From IMG/VR virus record IMGVR_UViG_2690315620_000001, positions 1,749-65,748 of that record: DNA of 64,000 bases. One strand, written 5' to 3'. A program made the position numbers and the translations under genes. The notes under the pieces were generated by a model. The model saw only the letters and a program-made list of their open reading frames with translations. It was not told the DNA's origin and did no database searches. How positions within the stretch are numbered: the stretch's first letter is position 1; every line of letters begins with the position of its first letter. Of the stretch, positions 38,270-48,609 are shown in pieces. Source of the DNA: a virus. Its lineage: Duplodnaviria > Caudoviricetes.

Positions 38270-38533
38270 CTACACCTCCGTTTTACTTACCCGTACTTGT
38301 ATCCGTGGATTATGCGGTAGCGTTACCTCTAGCGACGAAATCTGGGCGAAACGCTCTAGGCGCTCCCCTTCGATTTCTACTTCGCTAAAGAACATTTCAA
38401 ATGGACGTATCCACTCGTTTTCAATCGCCCCGTATTCGCGATAATATACTAATGCTTCGCCAGTTTCCGTATGTTTCGGATAGCCTAGCACCTCGTATAT
38501 TCCGCCTTTATAGTGCCGGTAAAGTTGCGTCAT
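38270..38533 (-). CDS. DUF1653-family protein
   Basis: YRHYKG..Y.V...HTETGE.LV.Y...W.RP.EMF. Confidence 0.85.
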   Translation of the reverse strand: MTQLYRHYKGGIYEVLGYPKHTETGEALVYYREYGAIENEWIRPFEMFFSEVEIEGERLERFAQISSLEVTLPHNPRIQVRVSKTEV

Positions 38534-38545
38534 CGTACGCCCTCC

Positions 38546-39025
38546 TTAGATTTCGTTAATATGCGCGAATTCTCCGTGGTACAATACCGCCGCATCGTTG
38601 TAGGCTAACGCAGCTTCCTCGATAGTATGGAAACGTCCGAGGAACTTACGTTTTTTATTGAATCCTATTTCAGCCTTCCATTTACTCCGCGATTTATCGA
38701 AAACTACTCCTTTGTAACCGCTGCTGTTATTGCTTTGCTTCCCTCGATTCATTAAGTTAGCGCTATTAGAGCATACTCGGAGATTGTTTTTACGATTGTC
38801 TAGCTTATCGCCGTTAATATGATCGATGTGTGTCTTTCTGTCCGTTTCTTGAAGTATAAATCGATGCATCCTCGGTGCCGATGTTTTCTTACCGTCTGAC
38901 CAAATGTTAGTACGGGCGTAACCCGCGTCATCGATATGCCAATGAATCGCGGATACTCTCTCGTAATCTTCTGCGTCAATCTTCGCTACATTTCCGTTAG
39001 CTAATTCGATAGTCATCCCTACCAA
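38546..39025 (-). CDS. HNH-AP2 homing endonuclease
   Basis: IDAED, MHR, IDHINGDKLDNRKNNLR, SGYKGV, LGRF...EAA.AYN. Confidence 0.9.
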   Translation of the reverse strand: MVGMTIELANGNVAKIDAEDYERVSAIHWHIDDAGYARTNIWSDGKKTSAPRMHRFILQETDRKTHIDHINGDKLDNRKNNLRVCSNSANLMNRGKQSNNSSGYKGVVFDKSRSKWKAEIGFNKKRKFLGRFHTIEEAALAYNDAAVLYHGEFAHINEI

Positions 39026-39037
39026 GATTCCGCCTCC

Positions 39038-41356
39038 CTATTTAAGCGGACAAGAGTTTCCGATACATTCCGTTGAGTAATCCGTCGTATCTTCATCCTC
39101 CGCTTTAATATCACCGCTAATTAATTCCCACGGCTTCGCTGTAAGTTTCGCTACCATTGCGTTATACTTCGCTTCGTCAATCGATTCGTAAGGCATTTGC
39201 GGGTAAGTGTCCGTAGCGTACGGTAATAACGATGTCGATTTAATTACGCCTTTGTATCGATTAAGCAAGTCGGCGATTTCATCGATAACCGCATCTTCTT
39301 CTCGCTTATCTACGGACATTTGCGGATTGCCGAATTTATCGAGTAGCACCGTTCCGTCCTCGAAAAACGTTTGCTTTGGCTGTGCTTTGCGGAATGATAA
39401 CGTAGCACTCACCGCATTATCGCTCCAGTACATAGCTAATAACGCTTGGAACGCAGCCTGTTCACGTAAAGGTACGTCGCCTGCCGATTGGAAATCCGAA
39501 TGTTCTGCCGTAGGAGCTTTCGTTGGGAACTCGACAACGACCGTATTGTAGTCGTATTTACGCGAGCCGTCTTCGTTGAAACCTACGACTGCCGGTTCGA
39601 TATAGTAACCGCAATCCATTAATATCGGAATTAACGGCGCGTTCGCTGCCATACGTACTCGGCGAATCATATATGCGGACCAATGATAGTGCATACCTGG
39701 CGATGATCCCATTAATAGCGATACCGTTCCGCTTGGTTTCACAGTCGTTACTTTAATGGACGGATTAGCTTCGAGTTGCTCGGCTTGTTCGATATTCGTC
39801 GATTTAACTTCGCCGTACAATTCATCCAACGCTTGGCAAACTTCGTCGTTAAAGATCGCGTTGCCTTCCGCGTCAAATCCTACGATTGCTTTCTTACCGA
39901 ACTTAAGCAGAACCCAATCGGTAATCCCTGTGATTCCGACGCCTAATCTGCGGTGTCTACTTACTACGTCGCGTGTCGCTTCCCACTCGTAATGTCTGAA
40001 AGTAATGCGGTATGCGTATCGGGTAGCTAAGTAAGCAGCTTCGCTATATAACGTTGCGCTTTCGATTCCTTTATCGATTAACTGCTGAATTCGCGGTAAA
40101 TTAATTTCGAATAGGTTACATGGCGATGCGTTTGGTAACGTTATTTCTCCGCAGGGGTTAAAAACTTCAACTTCGCCGTCAATATCCTTTTGGAATCCGT
40201 CGATAATACGTCCATAGTTGCGGCTTAACTCGGTCGAAACGTATCCAGGTTCACCGTTGTAATAGATGTTCACGGCTAGATTACGTAATGTATCTCGGTC
40301 GGTATCAACGCCGATGTCTACGCTGTTATTCGAAGCCCAACGCCATTGTGACGCTTCTAAATTCTGCGGTAACGAGTAATTCTTCGATTCTACGAATTCG
40401 TTATCGTCTTGATCGCCTATTAGTATTAACGCAGTTCTTCGTACATTTCCGGCAACTACACACGTTCCGATTAGCTGAACAACGTCGCCCCATTCCGTAG
40501 GCGTTACGTAATCGTCAACGCGTCTATTTAGTATCGTATTAACTCGATTTAACATTTCGACTAAAGGTGCTGGGCCGCTTGCCGTTCCTCCGAATCCTAC
40601 GATAGCCGTACCGCGTGGTCGTATATTGCTAATATCTACGACTAATTCGGTAACGCCTTCGTAATGTGCATCGATAACTCGTCCTAGTGCTTCCGCCCAT
40701 CCTTCGCGTGAATCCGGTACAATGAACGGAAATACTTTCGTAGGAATGTCGTCTTTTACTCCGACGGATTTTAGTTCGCTTTCATAATCCGCATGGTTGT
40801 TATCGCATATGATCGTTATATTTAATTCGTTCGCAACCTTCGGAATTTGTTCGACATACTTGCGTTGTACGTTAATTCCTACGCCGCCGCCTTTCATTGC
40901 CTGGTCGAACGTAAATACTGGCGCAAAACTTACGCGAGGTTCTTCGTCGCTTGTGTACGATTGTGGTCGCATAGATACGCCCCAACAGTTATTCTCCGCA
41001 TCTCCAACGCGCTCGGCGTATTCCGTTCCGGACATCCATAAGCCACGTCCCGGAGGAGTCATTACGAGATTGAATACGAGGTGGTAGAAACGTTCCATCT
41101 CCTCGTTGAGTGCCACCATAGCTTCCGCTGAATACTTGCCGATTTCACGAAGGCGCTTCGCTTCAATTTCGAAGTTTCCTTCGGTAATTCGTTGCACCGT
41201 TTCGTCCCATCGCTCGAGCGTGCCGTCGGCTTTCTTCCGGGCATAAGTACGTAGGTAGACGATATAGCCAAGACCTCCGAATCCCCATTTCGGTTGCTTA
41301 TTGCGATACTGCGTTAAGAATTCCTCGTTTAATTTGATCTTCGTAGTTTGCGTCAC
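39038..41356 (-). CDS. nrdJ: Class II (adenosylcobalamin) ribonucleotide reductase, monomeric type
   Basis: RTYAR, PPGRGLW, NNC, VVAGNVRRTA, NPCGEI, VKPSGTVS, C-terminal CxxxxCP; no nrdF/nrdB partner. Confidence 0.9.
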   Translation of the reverse strand: MTQTTKIKLNEEFLTQYRNKQPKWGFGGLGYIVYLRTYARKKADGTLERWDETVQRITEGNFEIEAKRLREIGKYSAEAMVALNEEMERFYHLVFNLVMTPPGRGLWMSGTEYAERVGDAENNCWGVSMRPQSYTSDEEPRVSFAPVFTFDQAMKGGGVGINVQRKYVEQIPKVANELNITIICDNNHADYESELKSVGVKDDIPTKVFPFIVPDSREGWAEALGRVIDAHYEGVTELVVDISNIRPRGTAIVGFGGTASGPAPLVEMLNRVNTILNRRVDDYVTPTEWGDVVQLIGTCVVAGNVRRTALILIGDQDDNEFVESKNYSLPQNLEASQWRWASNNSVDIGVDTDRDTLRNLAVNIYYNGEPGYVSTELSRNYGRIIDGFQKDIDGEVEVFNPCGEITLPNASPCNLFEINLPRIQQLIDKGIESATLYSEAAYLATRYAYRITFRHYEWEATRDVVSRHRRLGVGITGITDWVLLKFGKKAIVGFDAEGNAIFNDEVCQALDELYGEVKSTNIEQAEQLEANPSIKVTTVKPSGTVSLLMGSSPGMHYHWSAYMIRRVRMAANAPLIPILMDCGYYIEPAVVGFNEDGSRKYDYNTVVVEFPTKAPTAEHSDFQSAGDVPLREQAAFQALLAMYWSDNAVSATLSFRKAQPKQTFFEDGTVLLDKFGNPQMSVDKREEDAVIDEIADLLNRYKGVIKSTSLLPYATDTYPQMPYESIDEAKYNAMVAKLTAKPWELISGDIKAEDEDTTDYSTECIGNSCPLK

Positions 41357-41542
41357 TCAATCGTCCCCTTTAAGTTTATTAGCGTCTTGTATCTCCGCTT
41401 CAATATTCGCAATCGCCGTTTCATTTGCAGCTATCTCGCGCTCAATCTCCGCCACATGCCGTTGCGCACGTTTCAAGTCGTAGGCTAGTTCGCCGCGCCG
41501 TTCTTTCACCGCCGTTAAGAACTGATGCAAGTCGTAACTCAT
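41357..41542 (-). CDS. Small coiled-coil protein
   Basis: ORF track; coupled. Confidence 0.55.
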   Translation of the reverse strand: MSYDLHQFLTAVKERRGELAYDLKRAQRHVAEIEREIAANETAIANIEAEIQDANKLKGDD

Positions 41543-41679
41543 GCGAATAGGTTCCCGACTAGCCTAACGACTGTGTGCGTATGAACGGCGGCGAATCCGA
41601 TAAACGTGATAGCGGAAACGCCAATGGCGAGCGCGGCGACGGTGGCCTTTGCGTAATACTTAATTTCGTGCATATTGCG

Positions 41680-42003
41680 TCACTCCTTCGTTAATGTTAC
41701 GATTTTACCGTCCGTTGAAACTATTTCGTAGCCTGCGTCTATGACGGCATTATAGTCGGTGACAACCGCTTTGTATGTCGTAGTTGGGCCAACCATTATT
41801 CCGCCAGTAGCCGCTAATGCCATCAGTAACGATATCGCTCCGGCAAGTAACGTCATAATCACGTCGGACAACCTGAAACCTTTTTCGAATATCGTCATAA
41901 CTCCACCGATGAACGCTACTAAAAACGCTATTGACATCGCTATTACGATGGTTAAGAGGAATATGTGCCCAAACCAATCGGTACTCTGCGATAATATCTC
42001 CAT
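41680..42003 (-). CDS. Membrane protein
   Basis: Two TM segments; AAGGAGG RBS. Confidence 0.6.
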   Translation of the reverse strand: MEILSQSTDWFGHIFLLTIVIAMSIAFLVAFIGGVMTIFEKGFRLSDVIMTLLAGAISLLMALAATGGIMVGPTTTYKAVVTDYNAVIDAGYEIVSTDGKIVTLTKE

Positions 42004-42275
42004 TACTTCGCCGCCTCCTTCGTTTTGCTGGACGACTTAGCCGTCGTAAAGAACGTTCCGATTACCGCTGCAATTGCCGTCAGCCTTGCGAAGTCTCCGT
42101 GTACGAAGCGTTCCGTACCGAATATTACGTTAAGGCTGTCCGTTGCGTAATTGCCCGTCGTTAGTTCGATAATGAAGCCGACTAGGAATCCGACGAATAA
42201 GGCGATTAACGGCGATATGAAAAGTATCATTGCGAATAATACGATACCGCCTACGACTGCTGCCGCTGTTTTCAT
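42003..42275 (-). CDS. Membrane protein
   Basis: Hydrophobic; GGAGG RBS. Confidence 0.6.
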   Translation of the reverse strand: MKTAAAVVGGIVLFAMILFISPLIALFVGFLVGFIIELTTGNYATDSLNVIFGTERFVHGDFARLTAIAAVIGTFFTTAKSSSKTKEAAK

Positions 42276-42438
42276 TGCGCCACCTCCGCTATAGTTACGT
42301 ATTTATTATTGAAGCGCTCATTACCGACGCCGTGGAATTCAGCGTAAGTTACCGGAGCATTTCCGTTATACTGTGGCGAGAATACTTCGTTATTATCGCG
42401 TGCTATCTGTCTACGTTGCTTACGTGTTAATTTCGTCA

Positions 42439-42948
42439 TTATCCGATCATCCCTTTCGATTGTAGGTACGCTATTGCGATGGCCACCGCGTCACTTTCGT
42501 CGTCCGTTTTAAACGTAAAGTCGTCCGGCAGTTTGAGCCGCTCTCTAACGCCCGCTTCTACCTCGTCCTTATCTGCGGTTCCCTTGCCTGTCGCCGCCTT
42601 CTTAACGGCACTTGGCGTAAATTCGTTGCTTGCGTCGATTGCGTAGCCGTAGCGACCTAACGCGGAGTCAACCGCAGCCCAGGCGCCGAATACGAGTTGC
42701 GTCGCACGTTTACTCCGCCCTTTCGTAAAATGTTCGCGACATACTACATCGAATGGTCCGTATTCGTGAATCGTCTGAACGGTCTTTGCTTCGATATAGG
42801 CGTAGCGCTGACTGTCCGGTGTGGCACTATCCGTTTTAACGCTATCGACGTGTACCAGGACGATCTTCTTCTGACCGCCCTTTAGCGCCTTTACGTCGAG
42901 CACTGCGAAGCCTGGTGAAGCCGATATGTCGAGCGCTAGTATGCGCAT
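42439..42948 (-). CDS. RuvC-like Holliday junction resolvase
   Basis: Start MRILALDIS; E, PSAVKK..TG.G.A.K, DDESDAVA. Confidence 0.88.
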   Translation of the reverse strand: MRILALDISASPGFAVLDVKALKGGQKKIVLVHVDSVKTDSATPDSQRYAYIEAKTVQTIHEYGPFDVVCREHFTKGRSKRATQLVFGAWAAVDSALGRYGYAIDASNEFTPSAVKKAATGKGTADKDEVEAGVRERLKLPDDFTFKTDDESDAVAIAIAYLQSKGMIG

Positions 42949-43820
42949 TAGTATTTCGCCTCGGTATCGTCGGTAATGTACGGATTTACACACGGATAGC
43001 CGTAACGTTCGCCTGCATCTTTGTGTATGAAGCAAACGTACCCTTTGCGCTCATCGAACCCGTGAACCTTATCGGCGGTCACTTTAGTAACATTGCGATA
43101 TACAATTCGATTCCCTGCGTTTGTAACCGATTCAACCGTTTGTCCGACTATGAACTCCGTAGGCTTCAAGGCATTTTCGAACTCGCTAACGTCTAAGCCT
43201 AGCGCACGTCCTAGCGCAATAGCCTTGCCGATATCTGCGTTGAATACGTCGTCGGGCGCACATTTGGCGATGGCTTTAAGACGTAGTTTGCCTCCGTATA
43301 AAGCGTGACCTAGCGCTACTACAGTACGCTTCTTTGCGTTAACGTGGAATGTCATTACGTTGGAATGCTGACGGTACTGAGCGTTACCTTCGCCGTGTAT
43401 AACTATCACACTTTTCGCGTTAACTACGCACTCCGCTACAAACTTCTTCGCTCGCTCAATTACGGCTTTACGTTGTTGGTTCGGCGTAGGCTTAAACTTC
43501 GCAAGCGTTTCGAATCCCCTCGACATTGCGCTCATTTTATGCGGAACTTTTGCACCGGTTAACACTTGGACTTCCGCCTCTAACGCAGCCACTTTCGATT
43601 CTAGCTCCGTGATGCGTGCTGACTTGGACGGCTTTTCAGCGACTAATTCTAACGTGTTACCGAATTTCCAGTACAAGCTACCGTTATCAACTTTTACTCG
43701 GTATGGTGCGTTTGAAGTACCGTCATCCTCCACAATTACGCCTACTCTTCCTACTAAATGCGAGTATAAATCACGAACGATTCGCACCTTATCGCCTACC
43801 TTATATTGCTTCGCCATCAT
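42948..43820 (-). CDS. Modular hypothetical protein
   Basis: YKVGDKVRI domain, coiled coil, AKC.P.D.FN..IGKAIAL.RA domain. Confidence 0.65.
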   Translation of the reverse strand: MMAKQYKVGDKVRIVRDLYSHLVGRVGVIVEDDGTSNAPYRVKVDNGSLYWKFGNTLELVAEKPSKSARITELESKVAALEAEVQVLTGAKVPHKMSAMSRGFETLAKFKPTPNQQRKAVIERAKKFVAECVVNAKSVIVIHGEGNAQYRQHSNVMTFHVNAKKRTVVALGHALYGGKLRLKAIAKCAPDDVFNADIGKAIALGRALGLDVSEFENALKPTEFIVGQTVESVTNAGNRIVYRNVTKVTADKVHGFDERKGYVCFIHKDAGERYGYPCVNPYITDDTEAKY

Positions 43821-44809
43821 TGACCGCCTCCGTTTCTAGTTTTCGTAATAAACTCGTAAGCACCGCTATAATCACGCTTTACTCTGTCCGGTAAGCTCGA
43901 CTTCCAGACTGCGCTAACTTGCGTCTTGATTGCGTTAAACTCATCGTCCGTTAGCGATAATGCACACGCTGTCTTGAAGTTGTTAAACGTGAAGTTATCG
44001 AGATCCATCGGCGGTGGCGTTGACTCACGAACTGCTTTCGTTATATATGCAGGCTTATCGAATAGCTCCGCTTTCATTTCCGGCGTAATCTGCTGACAGA
44101 ACGCTCGAATGTCCGGCGTCTTAGCGTATTGCTCGTCCGTCATGTGCCACGCCTGTTTCGCAGCATTAACGTAAAGTACTACGTAATAATCGCAATCGAA
44201 CATGTGCGCATAAGCCACCGTTTGCATAGCGTGTTTAGGCTCCGCTTCACGCATCGAATAATGTGACGTCTTGGCCGGCGTACCTTGCTTCGACTTGACT
44301 TCGAGTCCTACGCGTATTTCAGCGCCATCGTCCGTTGTATACGTCATAATACCGTCCGGCGCTCCGAACAGATAGAACGTTTCACCGTTGTGCTCGACGA
44401 GTTTATTCGTCTTGGCGAAGTCCTCGAACATCGGACGACCTTGCGTATCGCGTTCGAATTTGAAGCGTGGCTTGTTACCGGTAAGACGCTCGTAATTGCG
44501 TTCGATGAACAGTAAATCGCGTTGGATAATATCGCCAATCTTTGTGCCTATCGCCTGCCAGCGCCCTTGATGCGGTTGCTTGCGGAAGCCGTCTTTTTTA
44601 GCGCCTTTCGCCTTTACGTATAACGAACGCGGACAGTCGCCGAGTGATGACGGTGAAAAGTACGGCTTCTTCGGATATACATTCGGCGGATTAGCGTACC
44701 ATCCGTGAATCTGTGCGTCTAGTGCGTTGTCGTACGTTTCTGGTAGCGAGTAATGATCGTCCAGTAGCGCGATTAAATCGCCTTCTATTTGCGTTGATAA
44801 ATTCGTCAA
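43817..44809 (-). CDS. PD-(D/E)XK Cas4-like exonuclease
   Basis: FSPSS...CPR, G..DG, LEVKS, Q...Y. Confidence 0.8.
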   Translation of the reverse strand: MTNLSTQIEGDLIALLDDHYSLPETYDNALDAQIHGWYANPPNVYPKKPYFSPSSLGDCPRSLYVKAKGAKKDGFRKQPHQGRWQAIGTKIGDIIQRDLLFIERNYERLTGNKPRFKFERDTQGRPMFEDFAKTNKLVEHNGETFYLFGAPDGIMTYTTDDGAEIRVGLEVKSKQGTPAKTSHYSMREAEPKHAMQTVAYAHMFDCDYYVVLYVNAAKQAWHMTDEQYAKTPDIRAFCQQITPEMKAELFDKPAYITKAVRESTPPPMDLDNFTFNNFKTACALSLTDDEFNAIKTQVSAVWKSSLPDRVKRDYSGAYEFITKTRNGGGQ

Positions 44810-44810
44810 A

Positions 44811-45149
44811 TTATCGCCCCTCTTTCGCTACATATTGAATTACCGTTACTTCCTTCGGTTCAACTTCGCCGAATGACCACTGGCTGTCCTGTCCTTCTTG
44901 CGTTTCAGACGCAGGCACTTCGCGGAATAATTCGAAGTAAGCCGTTTCATCGCCTTCTACTACTTCGAATATCTTCGTTTCGTAGTTCGACCAACGGCCG
45001 CCTTCTTCGAAAATCGTATCGACGACTTTTGACGTGTAGCCCTCCGGCTTATATGCGTCTAGGATATCGTCAATTTCGAAGTATTCATCGTTAGTGTCCT
45101 CGCCTTCTGCACCGTGTAGTTTGCGTAGTTCCTCAATAATTTTCGTCAT
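44811..45149 (-). CDS. Acidic hypothetical protein
   Basis: AAGGAGG RBS, start MTKIIEE. Confidence 0.65.
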   Translation of the reverse strand: MTKIIEELRKLHGAEGEDTNDEYFEIDDILDAYKPEGYTSKVVDTIFEEGGRWSNYETKIFEVVEGDETAYFELFREVPASETQEGQDSQWSFGEVEPKEVTVIQYVAKEGR

Positions 45150-45150
45150 A

Positions 45151-45441
45151 TCAGCGTACCTCCTTCGCATATTCAACCGCTTCTAGTATTTCTTCTGCGC
45201 TTACCATGCCGCTAAGCCTTGCGACTTCTACGCCGTTGCGTTCGTATATCATTACGGGCACTCCGGTAATTCCGTACTGGGCGATAAGCTCCGGCTCCTG
45301 CGTAATGTCATGCTCCGATACTACTGCGTTGGCTTGCGTTAGTTGGTCGCCGATGTCCGCCATTGCGTAGCTTAGTACGGCACATGGTCGGCACCCAGGC
45401 TTCGATAGCTTGCGAATGGTGATTTCGATTGGCTTCGTCAT
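45151..45441 (-). CDS. Thioredoxin-like protein
   Basis: CRPC, YGITGVP, RLSG. Confidence 0.88.
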   Translation of the reverse strand: MTKPIEITIRKLSKPGCRPCAVLSYAMADIGDQLTQANAVVSEHDITQEPELIAQYGITGVPVMIYERNGVEVARLSGMVSAEEILEAVEYAKEVR

Positions 45442-45740
45442 TACTTAACCGCCTTCCATACCGTTGTAATTACCTCGACCTGTTCGACTTCCGTTAACTC
45501 GCAATCGTTCATATACGCTTCATAACCATAATCTTCGTAGCCCCATCGAGCATCCGAGCGTGTAATTCGGAAATGTTTTCCGTCAGATTTTCGTTTGTAG
45601 ATAACGGTGAAATCTCGTCCGTCATCGTCCATATCTTCCTCTTGCTCAACGTTTACGTACGTCTCACCTTCGAATTCAAACTCGTTTTCCCACGGGATGT
45701 TCTCTTTTACGATTTCGTGCGTTAAAATAATTTTCGTCAT
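45441..45740 (-). CDS. Acidic hypothetical protein
   Basis: First gene after phage promoter; AGGAGG RBS. Confidence 0.65.
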   Translation of the reverse strand: MTKIILTHEIVKENIPWENEFEFEGETYVNVEQEEDMDDDGRDFTVIYKRKSDGKHFRITRSDARWGYEDYGYEAYMNDCELTEVEQVEVITTVWKAVK

Positions 45741-45758
45741 ATGAACGCCTCCTATAAT

Positions 45759-45791
45759 AGTATTATCGTTTGTGAACGGTGTGGTGCGGAG
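45759..45791 (-). promoter_or_regulatory. Phage-sigma promoter copy
   Basis: CTCCGC-N14-AAACGATAATACT. Confidence 0.8.
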
Positions 45792-45803
45792 TACTGCGTG
45801 AGC

Positions 45804-48581
45804 TTATTGTGCGAAATATTCTTCCGGCGAGTATTCCTCCATCCAACACGGCTCAATTACGGTGTCGCATTCAAGCGGTAAAACTAAGTGGAACGTATCC
45901 GTCATGATGTTCGTATATAAATCGGTTGCTTCTTTCGTAAGCTGATTGTCAGGTATAGCGCACTTCAATTCGTCATGCAGTGTTAGGGCGAACTCCCAAC
46001 CGCGAGTTACAGTACATTCGTAGTAGCTCCGTATCATACACAGTTGCAATATGTTAGCGCCGGAACCTTGTATCGTATGGTTGAACGCAGCACGCTCGCA
46101 ACCGCCAGTGAATCGCATTAAGTCCCAGAATTCCGAGCGCTCTTTCCACGGAATCTTATTCGACTTCTTACCGAGTTCGGGATCGTTCTTGTCGGTGATT
46201 CCGCATTTACGCATTAGAACGCATAGTCGTTTATACTTCTCGACATAACCGGGGAATCTGCGCTTTTGCTTAAATATCGTCGCAGTCCATCCGTACCTAC
46301 GGAGGTGAGCGAATGTTTCTTCGACCATTCCACCGAAGCCAGGCAACACCTCGTCAAACTTATCGTAAGCATAATACGCCTGTTCCTCGGTTACTCCGTG
46401 CGGAATTACGCCTTTGTAGAACATATCTTTCGCCTGCCCATAACCACGCGCCAAGAACGCTTGCTTCATCGCTTTACGGAAATCCGGTACTTGTTGTGGC
46501 GTTCCTTTAACGGATTTATAATAGGACTCCGTGCAATGCTCCGCAGGAACTTCGAATAATATCGCAGCAAACTCAACGTAAGGATCGAGTCCTTTGCGGT
46601 ACATATCAGCGAATATTTCATCGCCAAACTCTGTCGCCATTCGATGTGCCTGTATACGTGGCTCTATCGATGATAAATCCGAACCTAAGAACGTGTGGTC
46701 TTTTGGAGGCTTGAACGCCATTCGGACGCGCTTACCTTCTTCCGTTCTTGCGGGTATATTCTGAACGTTCGTGCCTTTTCTGACATTCTTTTCAGCGTCG
46801 ACTAATAGGCGCATTTGCGATAGGAAATTATCGTCGTTAATGTCGTTGTGATATAGCGAGTTACTTTTTCCGGTATATCCTTTCGAACTGTAGCGTCCTG
46901 TAGATACCGTTTGTAATTGCGTGTGCAGGCGTCCATCTACATCGATAGCTTGCGGAATCTTTTTAATGAACGTACCTAATAGCGTTGATAATTTCGAGAA
47001 TTCTGCGAGCGGTTTAAGCGACGGTTCCGTTTTAAAATAAAGACCTAACACGTCTTTATTCGTTAAACGCTCTCGTTTCTTATCGAATTGCTTCGTCTTG
47101 TCCTCGATCTTTAGTACGTCGTAAATGAGATACGAAATATGCGCGTCAGAATCTAAGTTGAACTCCGTTATGAAATCCGGTGCATTTTGCGGAATTGCTG
47201 GTGCCAATGGTTCCGTCTTATACTTACGGATGCGCTCCTTTAGCTGCTGATACTTCTTCGTCGCAGGATTAGCGGTCTTTAGTTCTTCCTCACAATGTCT
47301 CAACATTTCGTTTTGTTTATCGATTTGTTTCTGACGGTTAGCGCACCACTCGTCGATTTTGTCGCCCTTAATGTGCATCGACATTTCGTAAAGGAAGTCG
47401 TCGTCAATTCCGTATGATGCGTGCAAGTCGTCAATTGCCTGTTGTAGCTTCGGCTCGAATTCGTTTTCCAGGCGCTTCATTTCATCTAAGTCGATTACGA
47501 ATCCTGTGCGTTCTATAGTCGTATTAACTTCGTAGAGGTATTGGCGGATTTCGAAATACGGATAATATAAGTCGTCCGTACGCAACATCATATCGATTTG
47601 CCACTTCGTAAATAGCCAACCTTTTTCAACGTCTTTTATAGCGTATATCCCTACGACTTCCGGCGAGTAAATCATCGGCGATCCTTTTCCGAATAAATCC
47701 TCGAAAGTGAAATCGTCCATATGGTCCGCGCCGATGTACTTCTTGTATTTCGATACTAACGGCTTCAATCCGTTTGATTCCTCGTGCTCGTTCATTAACT
47801 GCGCTGCGTCCATCGAATCGTATCGGAAGCCTTTCGGTGCAAGACCGTCGTTTAAGAACATCGCATAGTCAAACGTTGTATTATGAAAGGCTTTCGCATG
47901 GCTTGCGTCCTCGATAAATGCCTTTACGATGTCTAGCGCCTTCGAGCGTGTGCATTGTTCATCTTCCGTTAAATGTCCGTAAGCTACGTAATAGCCTTCG
48001 TTCAGTAGTGGTAGCCAAAACGAATAACCTCCGCTTAAATCGATTCGCGTATCTGTACCGCTTGTTTCCGTATCCCATTCCGTGAAGGACGTTACTAGCG
48101 GTATTTCTACGCCACTTTCGAGCAACCTACGTCGGATAATCGTATCGTTGAATAGTCCGAATACTTTACGGAACCATTCGTCGTCTTGCTGTAAGCGGAC
48201 TTCTTCGTTAAGGCGCTCGATCATCGCTTGTAAATCGGAATCCTTCGTAATAACGTTATAATTCGTCGGCTTCGTTTCTAGCGTTTCTTTCATGCGCTGC
48301 TCACGTAATTGTTCGTGTTCCTCCGCCAATATGCGACGTCCCATCTGCAACGCTTCGGCTTTCGTAAACTTGCCGTCTTTGATGCGTCCTGCCTTACCGG
48401 CTTTAAACGCTCGATACGCTGCGTCGAATTCCATACGTTCTTTATCGGTGAACTTCGATTGTGAAACGCGAATCCAAGCGTCCTCCAACGTTTCCGTCGC
48501 GGCGGACTTCCTTACGGCTGCGGCTTGGAGGGCGTCCGTTGCCCCCGTCTGCTTTGCCGCTATATTCAGCGTTAATTTCAA
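45804..48581 (-). CDS. DNA polymerase family A with 3'-5' exonuclease
   Basis: DTETSG, HN..FD, YA.KD exo motifs; TGRYSS, QNIP, DLSSIEPR, R...K......YG, N..IQGS, LHDE. Confidence 0.95.
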   Translation of the reverse strand: MKLTLNIAAKQTGATDALQAAAVRKSAATETLEDAWIRVSQSKFTDKERMEFDAAYRAFKAGKAGRIKDGKFTKAEALQMGRRILAEEHEQLREQRMKETLETKPTNYNVITKDSDLQAMIERLNEEVRLQQDDEWFRKVFGLFNDTIIRRRLLESGVEIPLVTSFTEWDTETSGTDTRIDLSGGYSFWLPLLNEGYYVAYGHLTEDEQCTRSKALDIVKAFIEDASHAKAFHNTTFDYAMFLNDGLAPKGFRYDSMDAAQLMNEHEESNGLKPLVSKYKKYIGADHMDDFTFEDLFGKGSPMIYSPEVVGIYAIKDVEKGWLFTKWQIDMMLRTDDLYYPYFEIRQYLYEVNTTIERTGFVIDLDEMKRLENEFEPKLQQAIDDLHASYGIDDDFLYEMSMHIKGDKIDEWCANRQKQIDKQNEMLRHCEEELKTANPATKKYQQLKERIRKYKTEPLAPAIPQNAPDFITEFNLDSDAHISYLIYDVLKIEDKTKQFDKKRERLTNKDVLGLYFKTEPSLKPLAEFSKLSTLLGTFIKKIPQAIDVDGRLHTQLQTVSTGRYSSKGYTGKSNSLYHNDINDDNFLSQMRLLVDAEKNVRKGTNVQNIPARTEEGKRVRMAFKPPKDHTFLGSDLSSIEPRIQAHRMATEFGDEIFADMYRKGLDPYVEFAAILFEVPAEHCTESYYKSVKGTPQQVPDFRKAMKQAFLARGYGQAKDMFYKGVIPHGVTEEQAYYAYDKFDEVLPGFGGMVEETFAHLRRYGWTATIFKQKRRFPGYVEKYKRLCVLMRKCGITDKNDPELGKKSNKIPWKERSEFWDLMRFTGGCERAAFNHTIQGSGANILQLCMIRSYYECTVTRGWEFALTLHDELKCAIPDNQLTKEATDLYTNIMTDTFHLVLPLECDTVIEPCWMEEYSPEEYFAQ

Positions 48582-48609
48582 TTCCGAGCCCTCCTTCGCT
48601 TTGCCTGCG

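Noticed and set aside
43817-44809. Cas4-like gene as part of a CRISPR system
   Set aside because: No repeat-spacer array or other cas genes; typical phage replication-module nuclease
39038-48581. Introns or inteins in nrdJ and the polymerase
   Set aside because: Both ORFs are continuous, with no intein termini or LAGLIDADG motifs seen; nearby endonucleases are intergenic
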